A stretch of DNA of 56,963 nt from contig JAJZVB010000001.1 in NCBI GenBank assembly GCA_021845885.1, positions 1-56,963 on the forward strand, read 5' to 3'. Below, piece by piece: positions 1 to 9,165 of this stretch (within the stretch, counting starts at the first letter, position 1; the number at the start of each line of letters is the position of its first letter). The notes under the pieces were generated by a model that was not told where the DNA came from, searched no databases, and worked only from the letters and a program-made list of their open reading frames with translations. The position numbers were made by a program, and so were the translations under genes. The DNA is from Pseudomonadota bacterium (lineage in GTDB: Bacteria > Pseudomonadota > Gammaproteobacteria > Burkholderiales > JABEVD01).

Positions 1-1583
1 CCCTTGTAGGCGCGCTTCAGGTAATCGATGCTGGAAGGCATGTTCCCCATTTTGTATTGAAGCCAGCCCATGCTGTCCAGGATGAAGGGGTCCTCGGGGG
101 AAAGCGCAAGCGCCTTCTTCAGCAGGGGCAGCGCTTCCTTGTAGCGGGTGGTATGCTCGACCAGGGTGTAGCCGAGCGCATTGTAGGCCTGGGCATACTC
201 GGGCTGGAGCTTGATCAGCTTTTTCAGACTGGCTTCGGCTTCCCTGATTTTTCCGATTTTTTCCGCAGCCATGGCTTCATCGTAGAGCAGATCCGGCGAA
301 TCGGGAAAGGTTTCGAGGCCTTTTTCAAGCACGGCATAGGCGCCGCGATAGTCTTTCGAATCGTGCAGCATCTGCGCTTCCGCCAGGATCAGGAACATTT
401 TCTGCTGGGGATCCGAAGTTTGAATGCTGTGCAGATAGCGCCTCGCCTTGCCCATGCCTTCCTGCTGCATCAATAGGTAGGCGATTCGGGTTTGCGCAGG
501 GAGGTACTGGGGGGCCTTCTCGACCTTCTCGTACCATTTCATCGCTTCCGAAGGATTCTTCTTCAGCTCAAAGGCCTGCGCGATGTAATAGCGGACCAGG
601 TCGGGACTCTGGTAGCCCAGCTTGAGTAGATCCCGGAGATCCGCAATGGCGGCATCGAGGTCGCCCAGTTGCAAGGAAAGCAGCCCGACGGCGAAGGCGA
701 CATCACGGTTCTGCGGGAAGGTTTTCTTCAGCTCCAGGAATTCCTTCCTGGCCGCTTCGAATTTTTTTTCCGCAACCAGGAATTTCGCGTAAGCGAGGCG
801 CACTTCCTGGGATTCCGGATATTGGTTGATGAAATCAGCCAGAAAAGGTTCGACCCTCTTCCTGTCGGATTGCTCGAGGATCTGCGCTTTCAAAAGGGCG
901 GCCATTTCCCAGCCGGGATGCAAGGAAAGCGCCTTGTCCGCCTCGCTCAGGGCAAGCCCGTATTGTGCTGCGCGCCATGCTGCAATGGCGATCGCATAGT
1001 GCGCTTCAGGTTGATCCAGATAGGGTTTGGTCAGGTCCTGGACAGCGGAAAGGACGGCCTGCCTGTCCGGCTGCTTGGCGAAAAGGCCGTCGAGTTGCAT
1101 CAGGCTTTTCGCCAGATTTTCGCCGCTTTGCCGGGAAAGCAGCTTTTCGATGTTGGGGCGCGCTTCTTCCAGGTTCTCGCTGTGGGCAAGGAGCGCCGAA
1201 AGCGTCTCTTTCGCCTTTTCGGAAGCGGGATCGATGGCGGCAAGAAGTCTGGCCATTTCGAGCGCGTCGTTCGCGTTGCCTGAAAAGAGGGAGACGTCGA
1301 GCGCCCTTTTCACTATCCTGGGATCATGCGTTTTCTTGGCCATGTCCACATAGGATTCTGTCGCGATGCCGAGATTTCCCCTTTGCCCCGCGATCTCGGC
1401 GAGAAGGAATTCGAAAAGAAGGTCGTCGCTCAAAGCGATATCCGGCAGTTTGGGTTCGGCCTTGACCGCTTCCTTGACTGCGGGCTTGGGTGCAACAGGC
1501 TTCTGCGCCTCCTTGACGGGCTGCGGGGCGCAGGCTGCAAACAGGAAGGGCAGGACTGCGATGGCGATCAGTTTTGGATTCAT
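1..1583 (-). CDS. TPR-repeat lipoprotein (3' end runs off the left edge of the window)
   Basis: I translated the minus strand by hand from the ATG at 1583: MNPKLIAIAVLPFLFAACAPQPVKEAQK... This has a lipobox (LFAAC). The frame stays open to position 1 and ends ...WLQYKMGNMPSSIDYLKRAYKG, which is TPR-like A/Y/L periodicity. It is absent from the ORF track because there is no stop in the window. The plus-strand ORFs listed here look like antisense shadows. Confidence 0.7.
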   Translation of the reverse strand, partial: MNPKLIAIAVLPFLFAACAPQPVKEAQKPVAPKPAVKEAVKAEPKLPDIALSDDLLFEFLLAEIAGQRGNLGIATESYVDMAKKTHDPRIVKRALDVSLFSGNANDALEMARLLAAIDPASEKAKETLSALLAHSENLEEARPNIEKLLSRQSGENLAKSLMQLDGLFAKQPDRQAVLSAVQDLTKPYLDQPEAHYAIAIAAWRAAQYGLALSEADKALSLHPGWEMAALLKAQILEQSDRKRVEPFLADFINQYPESQEVRLAYAKFLVAEKKFEAARKEFLELKKTFPQNRDVAFAVGLLSLQLGDLDAAIADLRDLLKLGYQSPDLVRYYIAQAFELKKNPSEAMKWYEKVEKAPQYLPAQTRIAYLLMQQEGMGKARRYLHSIQTSDPQQKMFLILAEAQMLHDSKDYRGAYAVLEKGLETFPDSPDLLYDEAMAAEKIGKIREAEASLKKLIKLQPEYAQAYNALGYTLVEHTTRYKEALPLLKKALALSPEDPFILDSMGWLQYKMGNMPSSIDYLKRAYK

Positions 1584-1688
1584 CGGGGAAATGGCAATCA
1601 AAGCTAAATTAGAGGGCGGGATCAGAATTTCGTTCAATAATACCCGCATATTAGGTATATTTGAACTGCACCACAAGAGCATAACACA

Positions 1689-2597
1689 ATGAATTCTCAT
1701 CCCTCCCTTCTTCTCCATGCGCAAGGGCTGCGCCGCACCTATGGCAGCCTGGTCGCGGTCGACAATGTCTCTCTCGAACTGAGAAGGGGGGAGGTGCTCG
1801 GTTTCCTCGGACCGAACGGCGCAGGTAAAAGCACCACGATGCGCATGCTCACTGGAAACCTGAAGCCCGATTCCGGCAAGGTCGTCCTGTGCGGCATAGA
1901 CCTTTACGATCGGCCTCTCGATGCCAAGGCGAAGCTCGGGTATCTCCCTGAAATCCCACCGCTTTACAAGGAAATGCGCGTCGACGATTATCTGCGATTC
2001 GTGGCAAAACTGCACGGGGCGAAAAGGGAAGCGGTCGAACAAACCAAGACGAGATGCGGCCTCCTTGACGTCGGAAAGCGACTGATCGGCGCGCTTTCCA
2101 AGGGTTATCAGCAGCGTCTGGGTATCGCTCAGGCGATCCTCCACGATCCTGAGATCATCATACTCGATGAACCCACCTCAGGGCTCGATCCCAACCAGAT
2201 CATGGAAATCAGGACATTGATCCGCGAGCTCGGAGACAGGCATGGCGTGATCCTGTCCACGCATATCCTTTCAGAAGTCGAAAGCCTCTGCGACAGGGTC
2301 GAGATATTGCATCACGGGAAAAAGATTTATAGCGGCAAAATCGGCGCGGAAAGGCAATCGATCGAGATCGGATTCAGGAACCCCCCTTCCCGGGAGGAAC
2401 TTGCCGGGGTGGACGGCGTGGCCGGAGTCGAAACCCTTTCCGCCGGTCTTTTCCTGATCCATCCCTTGAAGGACTGCGATCCCACCGAGGCCCTGATCAG
2501 GAAGGCTTCGGAAGGAAACTGGGGCCTGCAGCGCATCAATCCGGGTCGATACAGCCTGGAGAAGGTCTTTGCGCGACTGACGAAGGAGCCTTCATGA
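1689..2597 (+). CDS. ABC transporter ATP-binding protein (ABC-2/GldA-like)
   Basis: Walker A GPNGAGKST, ABC signature LSKGYQQRL and Walker B IIILDEPTSGLD. Its stop overlaps the next gene's start. Confidence 0.9.
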   Translation: MNSHPSLLLHAQGLRRTYGSLVAVDNVSLELRRGEVLGFLGPNGAGKSTTMRMLTGNLKPDSGKVVLCGIDLYDRPLDAKAKLGYLPEIPPLYKEMRVDDYLRFVAKLHGAKREAVEQTKTRCGLLDVGKRLIGALSKGYQQRLGIAQAILHDPEIIILDEPTSGLDPNQIMEIRTLIRELGDRHGVILSTHILSEVESLCDRVEILHHGKKIYSGKIGAERQSIEIGFRNPPSREELAGVDGVAGVETLSAGLFLIHPLKDCDPTEALIRKASEGNWGLQRINPGRYSLEKVFARLTKEPS

Positions 2598-3328
2598 TCA
2601 GGATTGTTGCGGCAAAGGAAATCAGGATGCTGTTCGCCTCCCCGCTTGCCTGGATAGTCCTGGCGATTTTCCAGGCTATCCTCGCCTGGATATTCCTTGC
2701 CAGGCTGGACGCCTTCCTGGGGGTGCAGGCAAGGCTGCAATATCTCCTGAATCCCCCGGGCGTCACGCAATGGATTTCAGCCCCGCTTTTCTCGGCGGCC
2801 ATGATGATCTTCCTGATGATCATCCCGCTTTTCACGATGCGCCTTGTAGCGGAAGAAGTCAGGAACCAGACGCTCACCCTGCTCATTTCAGCCCCGATTT
2901 CCCCTGTTCAGATCGTCATCGGCAAGTTCTTGGGCCTGATGGTCTTCCTCCTTGCAGCGATCATGCTGGTTCTTTTGATGTCGCTTACCCTGCTTGCGGG
3001 AGGAAGGCTCGATTTCGGCCTTCTCTTTTCCAATGTATTGGGACTTTCTCTCGCGGCAGGCGGTTTTTCCGCGCTCGGCCTCTACATTTCCTGCCTCACG
3101 AAGCATCCATTCCTGGCCGGAATAGGGGGGATAGGCGCGCTTCTCGGGCTATGGGCGGTGAGTTTCGGTACGGAAAAGATCGGCAATGCCTTCCAGGTTC
3201 TCTCGCCGGCCCGGCATTTCGAAAATTTCAACCAGGGTCTGGTGGATACGGGGGATATCGCCTATTTCATTCTGTTCATTGCCCTTTTCCTGATGCTTTC
3301 GGTCTGGCGTATCGGGAATCTGAAATGA
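2594..3328 (+). CDS. ABC-2 type transporter permease (GldF-like)
   Basis: 244-aa polytopic hydrophobic protein with a 4-nt overlap with the upstream ATPase gene. Position and composition are typical of an ABC-2 permease. Confidence 0.8.
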   Translation: MIRIVAAKEIRMLFASPLAWIVLAIFQAILAWIFLARLDAFLGVQARLQYLLNPPGVTQWISAPLFSAAMMIFLMIIPLFTMRLVAEEVRNQTLTLLISAPISPVQIVIGKFLGLMVFLLAAIMLVLLMSLTLLAGGRLDFGLLFSNVLGLSLAAGGFSALGLYISCLTKHPFLAGIGGIGALLGLWAVSFGTEKIGNAFQVLSPARHFENFNQGLVDTGDIAYFILFIALFLMLSVWRIGNLK

Positions 3329-4611
3329 AGACGAAAGCCTTTCTTCTTTTTGCGTTGATTTTCATGCTGGGCTTCCTTTCGAGCCAGTACGAAAAGACCT
3401 GGGACCTGACCCAGAACGGCAGGCACAGCCTCAACGAAACCACCCTGCAATTGCTCGCAAAGATGCAAGGACCGATCTCCATCACGGCCTATGCCTCGAA
3501 GAACGATCCAAAGTTCGGCGACGTGCAGCAGACCGTGAAAGATTTTCTTTCGTCCTACAGGCGGGCCAAACCGGACATTTCGGTGCATTTCGTCGATCCC
3601 GTCGAGGAGCCTAAACTTGCCGAGAAGGCGGGCGTGCAGATGGACGGCGAAATGATCGTGGCATACGGAAAAAGAAGCGATCATCTCAGGGCATTGAACG
3701 AGGAATCCTTGGCCAATCTCCTGATCAGGCTTTCAAGAAAGGAGGGGAGGCTCGTCATGGCGCTTGCCGGGCATGGCGAGAGGAAGCTGGATGGCATGGC
3801 CAATTTCGATCTGGGCGAATTCGGCAGCTATCTGGTCAAAAACGGCTTCAAAACAGGCAGTCTGAATTTGGCGCTGGCCCAGGATGTGCCCGAAAACCTG
3901 AGCCTCCTCGTCATCACTTCTCCCCAGGTCGACCTTCTTCCGGGGGAGGTGAAGAAGATCGAAAATTTTCTCGATCGGGGCGGAAACCTGCTCTGGCTGG
4001 TTGATCGGGAAAGCGAATCCGGGGAGCCGCTGCACGGCCTTCAGCCGATTTCCGACAGGCTCGGGCTGGTTCTTGCGCCAGGCACGGTGGTCGACCCTTC
4101 GGCCCTGAAGCTCAATGCGCCTGAAAACTGGGCGCTTGGCACGCTTTACGGCGCACATCCCGTCACGCAGAATTTCAATTTGATCACCGTTTTTCCTTTC
4201 GCCGTCCCTATAGGGGTATCCGAAGGAATCGGCTGGCATGTCACGCCCCTGGTCGAAGCGGCCCAGAACGGCTGGCTTTCCACGGGGAAAGGCGCGAAAG
4301 GGCCGTTCACGGTGGCGCTCGCCATGGAGCGCACGGTGAGGGGAAGGGATCAGCGGGTGGCCATCGTCGGCACAGGCGAGTTTCTCGCCAATGCCTATGT
4401 GGGAAACGGGGGCAACATGGATTTCGGCATGAACCTGGTCAACTGGCTTGCCAAAGACGAAAAATTGATCAGTCTGCAGCCCAGGGCCACGATCGACGGC
4501 GCCATGCTGCTTTCGAAAACGGAGGCATCCATCATCGCGCTGGGATTGCTTTTCGGCCTTCCGTCCGCCTTGATTTCGATTGCGGCATTCCTCGGCTGGA
4601 GGCGGAAATGA
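3325..4611 (+). CDS. GldG-like ABC-transporter auxiliary protein
   Basis: The ATG at 3325 forms an ATGA overlap with the permease stop and is in frame with track ORF 2770..4611. N-terminal TM MKTKAFLLFALIFMLGFL and a C-terminal TM anchor. The ATPase-permease-GldG-DUF4340 order is a known operon type. Confidence 0.75.
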   Translation: MKTKAFLLFALIFMLGFLSSQYEKTWDLTQNGRHSLNETTLQLLAKMQGPISITAYASKNDPKFGDVQQTVKDFLSSYRRAKPDISVHFVDPVEEPKLAEKAGVQMDGEMIVAYGKRSDHLRALNEESLANLLIRLSRKEGRLVMALAGHGERKLDGMANFDLGEFGSYLVKNGFKTGSLNLALAQDVPENLSLLVITSPQVDLLPGEVKKIENFLDRGGNLLWLVDRESESGEPLHGLQPISDRLGLVLAPGTVVDPSALKLNAPENWALGTLYGAHPVTQNFNLITVFPFAVPIGVSEGIGWHVTPLVEAAQNGWLSTGKGAKGPFTVALAMERTVRGRDQRVAIVGTGEFLANAYVGNGGNMDFGMNLVNWLAKDEKLISLQPRATIDGAMLLSKTEASIIALGLLFGLPSALISIAAFLGWRRK

Positions 4612-5060
4612 GGGCGCTTCTGGCAGCGGTGCTTCTTCTTTCAATCTTCATTTTGTTCGGGCCGCACCGGGGTTTCGGGCTTTCTGAAAATTCACCGGGT
4701 GAGGCGAGAGTCATCAGGATGGAAAGGAGCGGCATGCCTGAAATCAGGTTGGAAAGGAAGGGGAATGAATGGGAGATCAAAACCCCGGTCAGGGGCTTGG
4801 CAAGGCCTGATATGGTCAGGAATCTCCTTGCCGTCCTGGATGCGAAATCGGACAGGAAACTCGAGGCGAAGGATCTTTCCCGCTTCGGGCTGGACAGACC
4901 CGTCCTTCGCCTCATCATCGATTCCCAGGAATATGATTTCGGGATGCTGAATCCGCTCACCGGGCAGCAGTATGTGAGGAAGGGGGGGGCGGTTTTCCTG
5001 ATTTCGCCGAAATACGCCCTCGTGCCTTCCCTTTCCGAGCTGGAGGCGGATCATGCCTGA
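4608..5060 (+). CDS. DUF4340-like small membrane-anchored protein
   Basis: N-terminal TM helix and an ATGA overlap with the GldG-like gene. It sits in the usual fourth position of GldG-type ABC operons. Confidence 0.5.
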   Translation: MRALLAAVLLLSIFILFGPHRGFGLSENSPGEARVIRMERSGMPEIRLERKGNEWEIKTPVRGLARPDMVRNLLAVLDAKSDRKLEAKDLSRFGLDRPVLRLIIDSQEYDFGMLNPLTGQQYVRKGGAVFLISPKYALVPSLSELEADHA

Positions 5061-5865
5061 GCTTCCCGAAGTCGAGACGACGAGAAGGGGGCTGGAGCCC
5101 CATGTCGCAGGGAAAAAAATTGCCGGGGCGGCGGTCAGGCAGATGCTGCGCTGGCCCGTTCCCGAAAATCTTTCGGGAGAGATCTCGGGGTGCACATTGG
5201 AAGGCCTTTCCAGGAGAGGGAAGTATCTGCTTTTCGATTGCGGCAAGGGGACGCTGATCCTGCATCTCGGCATGTCCGGAAGCCTTCGCTACCTGAGGGA
5301 CCCTGTTGAACCCCTGAAGCACGATCATTTCGATTTATGCTTCGAAGACGGCAGCCTCGTCCGGATGAGGGACCCGAGACGGTTCGGCGCCGTGCTATGG
5401 GAAAAGGGAAATGTGCTTTCCCATCCCCTTCTGGCCGACCTGGGCATCGAGCCCTTCGATCCGGGATTTTCAGGCGAAGCGCTTTACAGGCTCTCCAGGG
5501 GGAGAACCGTCAGCGTCAAGCAGTTCCTGATGGACCATCATGTCGTCGTTGGGGTAGGCAACATCTATGCGAGCGAATCGCTTTTCAGGGCGGGGATCAG
5601 CCCCCTCAGGACTGCGGGAAGCATAGCATTGTCCCGCTATTCGAGGCTGGCCGAAGCCGTCAGGGAAACGTTGGGTGAAGCGCTTGAAGCGGGGGGGAGC
5701 AGTCTCAGGGATTTCCTCGACTCCTCAGGAAATCCGGGATACTTCCAGCACAATCATCTCGTTTACGGTAGAAGCGGATTCCCCTGCCTTGTCTGCTCCA
5801 TGCCCATCAGGCAGGTGAAACAGGGGCAGCGGTCGAGCTATTATTGCCCGAAATGCCAGAAATGA
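5053..5865 (+). CDS. mutM: Formamidopyrimidine-DNA glycosylase
   Basis: Diagnostic N-terminus [15 protein letters not shown]2TH region and a C-terminal zinc finger (CLVCSMPI...YYCPKCQ). Confidence 0.95.
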   Translation: MPELPEVETTRRGLEPHVAGKKIAGAAVRQMLRWPVPENLSGEISGCTLEGLSRRGKYLLFDCGKGTLILHLGMSGSLRYLRDPVEPLKHDHFDLCFEDGSLVRMRDPRRFGAVLWEKGNVLSHPLLADLGIEPFDPGFSGEALYRLSRGRTVSVKQFLMDHHVVVGVGNIYASESLFRAGISPLRTAGSIALSRYSRLAEAVRETLGEALEAGGSSLRDFLDSSGNPGYFQHNHLVYGRSGFPCLVCSMPIRQVKQGQRSSYYCPKCQK

Positions 5866-6275
5866 GGATTTCCAACGGCATTTTTGTTCCGGAAGGGGAA
5901 ATCGAATTTTCCGCCATCCGGGCGCAGGGCTCGGGGGGTCAGAACGTCAACAAGGTCTCTTCGGCAGTTCATCTTCGTTTCGACATCAGGGCTTCTTCCC
6001 TTCCCGAGGCCGTCAAGGCGCGGCTGCTCGAATCGAAAGACAGCAGGATCACGGGCGAAGGGATCATCGTCATCAAGGCCCAGCGCTACAGGAGTCAGGA
6101 AAAGAACAGGGAGGATGCGCTTTTTCGCTTGAAGGAAATGATACTGGGGGTGGCGACACCGAGGAAATCGAGGAAGCCGACAAGGCCGACCCTGGCTTCC
6201 CGCGAAAGAAGGCTTGAGAAGAAGGCGAGAAGGAGCGGGATCAAGGCCTCGAGGGGATGGAAAGAAGAACAGTAA
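5862..6275 (+). CDS. arfB: Alternative ribosome-rescue factor ArfB (peptidyl-tRNA hydrolase, RF-1 domain)
   Basis: GGQ motif in [19 protein letters not shown] plus a basic C-terminal tail. I prefer the ATG at 5862 because it makes an ATGA overlap with the mutM stop. The track start at 5844 is an alternative. Confidence 0.85.
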   Translation: MRISNGIFVPEGEIEFSAIRAQGSGGQNVNKVSSAVHLRFDIRASSLPEAVKARLLESKDSRITGEGIIVIKAQRYRSQEKNREDALFRLKEMILGVATPRKSRKPTRPTLASRERRLEKKARRSGIKASRGWKEEQ

Positions 6276-6316
6276 TTTGAGCTATACTTCCCGAAAACCA
6301 TAATGGAGAAATAAAG

Positions 6317-7123
6317 ATGTCCTTTTTCAGAATTTTTGCAGTCCTTGCCGCATTGCTTCTTCCTGCAACCGGATATTCGGCACCCACCGAGCTGACCTGG
6401 TATGGCCATTCCGCATTCAAGGTGAAAACCCCCGAAGGGAAGGTTCTCCTCATCGATCCCTGGATCACCAATCCGGCCAACAAGTCTGGAAAGGAGGATC
6501 TTGAAAAGATCGGCAAGGTGGATCTGATCCTGATCAGCCACGGGCACTTCGATCACGTCGGCGACGCGGTCGAAATCGCCAAAAAGACGGGGGCGAAGCT
6601 CGTTTCGAGCTTCGATCTCGGCACGAGTCTGGTGAAATATGCGGGCTATCCCAAGGATCAGGCGGGATTCGATACCCTCGGCAATTCAGGGGGGGAGATC
6701 ACCGTTCTGGACGGGGAGGTCAGAATCGCATTCATTCCCGCAGTGCACAGCTCTTCCGTCATGTCTCAGGACGGGAAGGAAACCCACATGGGGGGGAGTC
6801 CGGGCGGGTTTTTGATCATGATCAAAAACGGTCCTGCCATCTATCATACGGGCGACACCGATCTTTTTTCGGACATGTCCCTGATTCCGAGATTCCGCAA
6901 GGTCGACGTGATGCTCGCCTGCATCGGGGACCATTTCACCATGGGGCCTGAGCGGGCAGCCATGGCGGTGAAGCTTGTCGGCCCGAAATGGGTCATTCCC
7001 ATGCATTACGGCACTTTTCCCGTGCTGACCGGCACGCCTGAAGCCTTTTCCTCGGCGCTCAGGGAAAATCACGCCAAAGCGAAGCTCAGGGTCATGAAGG
7101 TGGGGGAAACGATCGAATTCTAG
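6317..7123 (+). CDS. UPF0173-family metallo-beta-lactamase-fold hydrolase with signal peptide
   Basis: LTWYGHSAFKV...LLIDPW...ILISHGHFDHVGD...YHTGDTDLFSDM...IPMHYGTFP matches the UPF0173/MBL-fold pattern. The N-terminus looks like a signal peptide. Confidence 0.8.
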   Translation: MSFFRIFAVLAALLLPATGYSAPTELTWYGHSAFKVKTPEGKVLLIDPWITNPANKSGKEDLEKIGKVDLILISHGHFDHVGDAVEIAKKTGAKLVSSFDLGTSLVKYAGYPKDQAGFDTLGNSGGEITVLDGEVRIAFIPAVHSSSVMSQDGKETHMGGSPGGFLIMIKNGPAIYHTGDTDLFSDMSLIPRFRKVDVMLACIGDHFTMGPERAAMAVKLVGPKWVIPMHYGTFPVLTGTPEAFSSALRENHAKAKLRVMKVGETIEF

Positions 7124-8061
7124 ATCCAGAAAGGGTCCGGATCCCGGACATGTCCTTCAAGGATGAACCTGAAATGGTCGGGGTCCTTGGCATGGGTCAG
7201 CTCCCCGGGTCTCGGCAGGTAATAGTCGTATAGCCTGGAGACCCAGAAGCGCAGGGAGGCCCTGCGCAGGACGACGGGCCATGCCTCCTTTTCGCTCCCG
7301 GTGAGCGGGCGGATGGCATGGTAGGCCGAAAGCAGGGCGATCGTCCTTTCCCCGTCCAGGCGCTTCGAGGAATCGACGCACCAGTCGTTGACCGTGATGG
7401 CGAGGTCGAGGAGCAGCCAGTCGTTGCAGGCGAAGTAGAAATCGATCAGGCCGCCTATCGACTCGTTCTCGAAAAGCACGTTGTCCCTGAAAAGGTCGGC
7501 GTGGATCACCCCTTCGGGGAGATCTTTCAGTTCGCATCCGGACTGGAAGCGGATTTCGCTTTCCAGGAGCCTTCCTTCTTCCGTGCTGGTGTAGGGTAGA
7601 ATTTCCGGAAGGGCGCTTTGCCACCATTTTTCCCCCCTCGGATTTTCCATGCGTTCGGGAAAGCTTTCGCCTTCCAGATGCATCTTCGCCAGCATGGCCC
7701 CGATTTCTCTGCAATGATGCGCGTCCGGATGCTCGACGGATTTCCCCTTGAGGCGGGTGACGATGCTTGCGGGTTTCCCGTTCAATGCGCCGAGCAGCCT
7801 TTGTCCGTGGTCGGGAACGGGATTGGGGCAGGGAATCCCTCGGCTCGCGAGGTGAGCCATCAGGTCGAGGTAATAGGGAAGCTCTTTCGGCGTGAGCTTC
7901 TCGAAAAGGGTGAGGACATAACTTCCCCTTTCTGTCGTGACGAAATAATTGGTGTTTTCGATGCCCGAGGCGATGCCCTTCAGCTCGATCAATTTGCCCA
8001 GATCGAAATTTTCAAGCCAGACCGAGAGCTGTTCCGGCGTGACAGTCGTGAATACGGACAT
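7120..8061 (-). CDS. thrB: Homoserine kinase (ThrB, APH-fold type)
   Basis: MSVFTTVTPEQL...GIENTNYFVTTERGSYVLTLFE and HADLFRDNVLF are typical of the pseudomonad/betaproteobacterial ThrB. Confidence 0.85.
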   Translation of the reverse strand: MSVFTTVTPEQLSVWLENFDLGKLIELKGIASGIENTNYFVTTERGSYVLTLFEKLTPKELPYYLDLMAHLASRGIPCPNPVPDHGQRLLGALNGKPASIVTRLKGKSVEHPDAHHCREIGAMLAKMHLEGESFPERMENPRGEKWWQSALPEILPYTSTEEGRLLESEIRFQSGCELKDLPEGVIHADLFRDNVLFENESIGGLIDFYFACNDWLLLDLAITVNDWCVDSSKRLDGERTIALLSAYHAIRPLTGSEKEAWPVVLRRASLRFWVSRLYDYYLPRPGELTHAKDPDHFRFILEGHVRDPDPFWI

Positions 8062-8064
8062 CTT

Positions 8065-8394
8065 TCAGAAGTGGCCGATGACCCACATCGGAGGGCGGAC
8101 CATGGGGGTCTGGCGGACGAACTGGCCGTCCCCCTTCATGTCCACCAGATAATAGGGTACGCCGTGCTTGGGCGTGACCTTGATCATGTAGAGGTGGCCG
8201 TGGATGCGGTATTCCTCTATTTTCTGTTCGCCTTTCTGCTTGATCGTCACTTCAGGCTCGGTACCGTCCTTTGCCACGGTGGGCGGGGGAGGCACGTCGG
8301 GCAGGGGTTCCAGATTCTTGGGTTCGTCGGCTAGGGCATGTGACGAAAATAGGTAGAAGAGTGCGATGATTGCGTAACGCATGGTGTTTTCCAT
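8065..8394 (-). CDS. DUF2782-family secreted protein
   Basis: Signal peptide, then EPEVTIKQKGEQKIEEYRIHGHLYMIKVTPKHGVPYYLVD. It lies in the conserved position between polA and thrB. Confidence 0.7.
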   Translation of the reverse strand: MENTMRYAIIALFYLFSSHALADEPKNLEPLPDVPPPPTVAKDGTEPEVTIKQKGEQKIEEYRIHGHLYMIKVTPKHGVPYYLVDMKGDGQFVRQTPMVRPPMWVIGHF

Positions 8395-8429
8395 TTCATG
8401 GCCGACAGGCGGTATTTTATCTCAAAATT

Positions 8430-9146
8430 TCAAAGATTGAGCTGGATTTCGTGTTCCGCTTCGGATGGCGCGAAGCCGCGGGTTTCGTAGTGCCTGAATA
8501 TCGCGTCGACAACCGCTTCGGGTTCGTCGATGACCTGGATCAGATCGATGTCTTCGGGGCTGATCATGCCTTCCTTTACGAGCACTTCCTTCATCCAGTC
8601 GAGCATGCCTTTCCAGAATGGGGAATGCACAAGGATGATGGGGATTTTCCGGGTCTTTCCCGTCTGCACGAGCGTGAGCGCTTCCATGAGTTCATCCAGC
8701 GTGCCGAATCCGCCCGGCATCACGACATAGGCCGAAGCGAATTTCACGAACATCACCTTTCTGGCGAAGAAATGCCTGAAAGTCTGGCTGATGTCCTGGT
8801 ACTTGTTGCTGTGCTGCTCGTGGATTAGTTGGATGTTGAGGCCTATGCTGGCCGAAGGGCCGAAATAGGCGCCCTTGTTCGCCGCTTCCATGATGCCCGG
8901 GCCGCCTCCGGAAATGACGGCGAAGCCCGCATCGGAAAGCAGCCTTGCGATTTTTTCTGTAAGCTTGTAATACTCGTGCTCAGGGCTGGTCCTCGCGCTG
9001 CCGAACAGGCTGACTGCAGGATGGACCGCATTGAGGCGCTCGGTCGCCTCGAAGAATTCTGACATAATGCCGAAAATGCGCCAGGATTCGCGCGCCGACC
9101 AGGGTTTTTCTGATTTTTCCGCCGGGCGGAGAATTTTTTTGTTCAT
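8430..9146 (-). CDS. LOG-family (TIGR00730) nucleotide phosphoribohydrolase
   Basis: GGGPGIMEAANKGA and PGGFGTLDELMEALTLVQTGK motifs. Confidence 0.85.
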   Translation of the reverse strand: MNKKILRPAEKSEKPWSARESWRIFGIMSEFFEATERLNAVHPAVSLFGSARTSPEHEYYKLTEKIARLLSDAGFAVISGGGPGIMEAANKGAYFGPSASIGLNIQLIHEQHSNKYQDISQTFRHFFARKVMFVKFASAYVVMPGGFGTLDELMEALTLVQTGKTRKIPIILVHSPFWKGMLDWMKEVLVKEGMISPEDIDLIQVIDEPEAVVDAIFRHYETRGFAPSEAEHEIQLNL

Positions 9147-9165
9147 GAAAGATTCCTAGCAATCG

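Noticed and set aside
2770-4611. N-terminally extended ORF calls in the track (also 16775..18244, 24983..26308, 28056..29285, 31566..32537, 37129..38388, 39812..40579, 42601..43779, 48470..49243)
   Set aside because: The extensions overlap the upstream gene in another frame and are Arg/Pro/Gly-rich. In each case an internal Met (a GTG for dusB) matches the family N-terminus. Most make an ATGA or TGATG junction with the preceding stop, and the rest simply avoid overlapping the upstream gene.
3733-4644. 303-aa minus-strand ORF
   Set aside because: It is antisense to the GldG-like gene. Its Arg/Gly/Pro-rich composition is typical of shadow frames in GC-rich coding DNA, while the plus-strand product has a coherent signal anchor and operon context.
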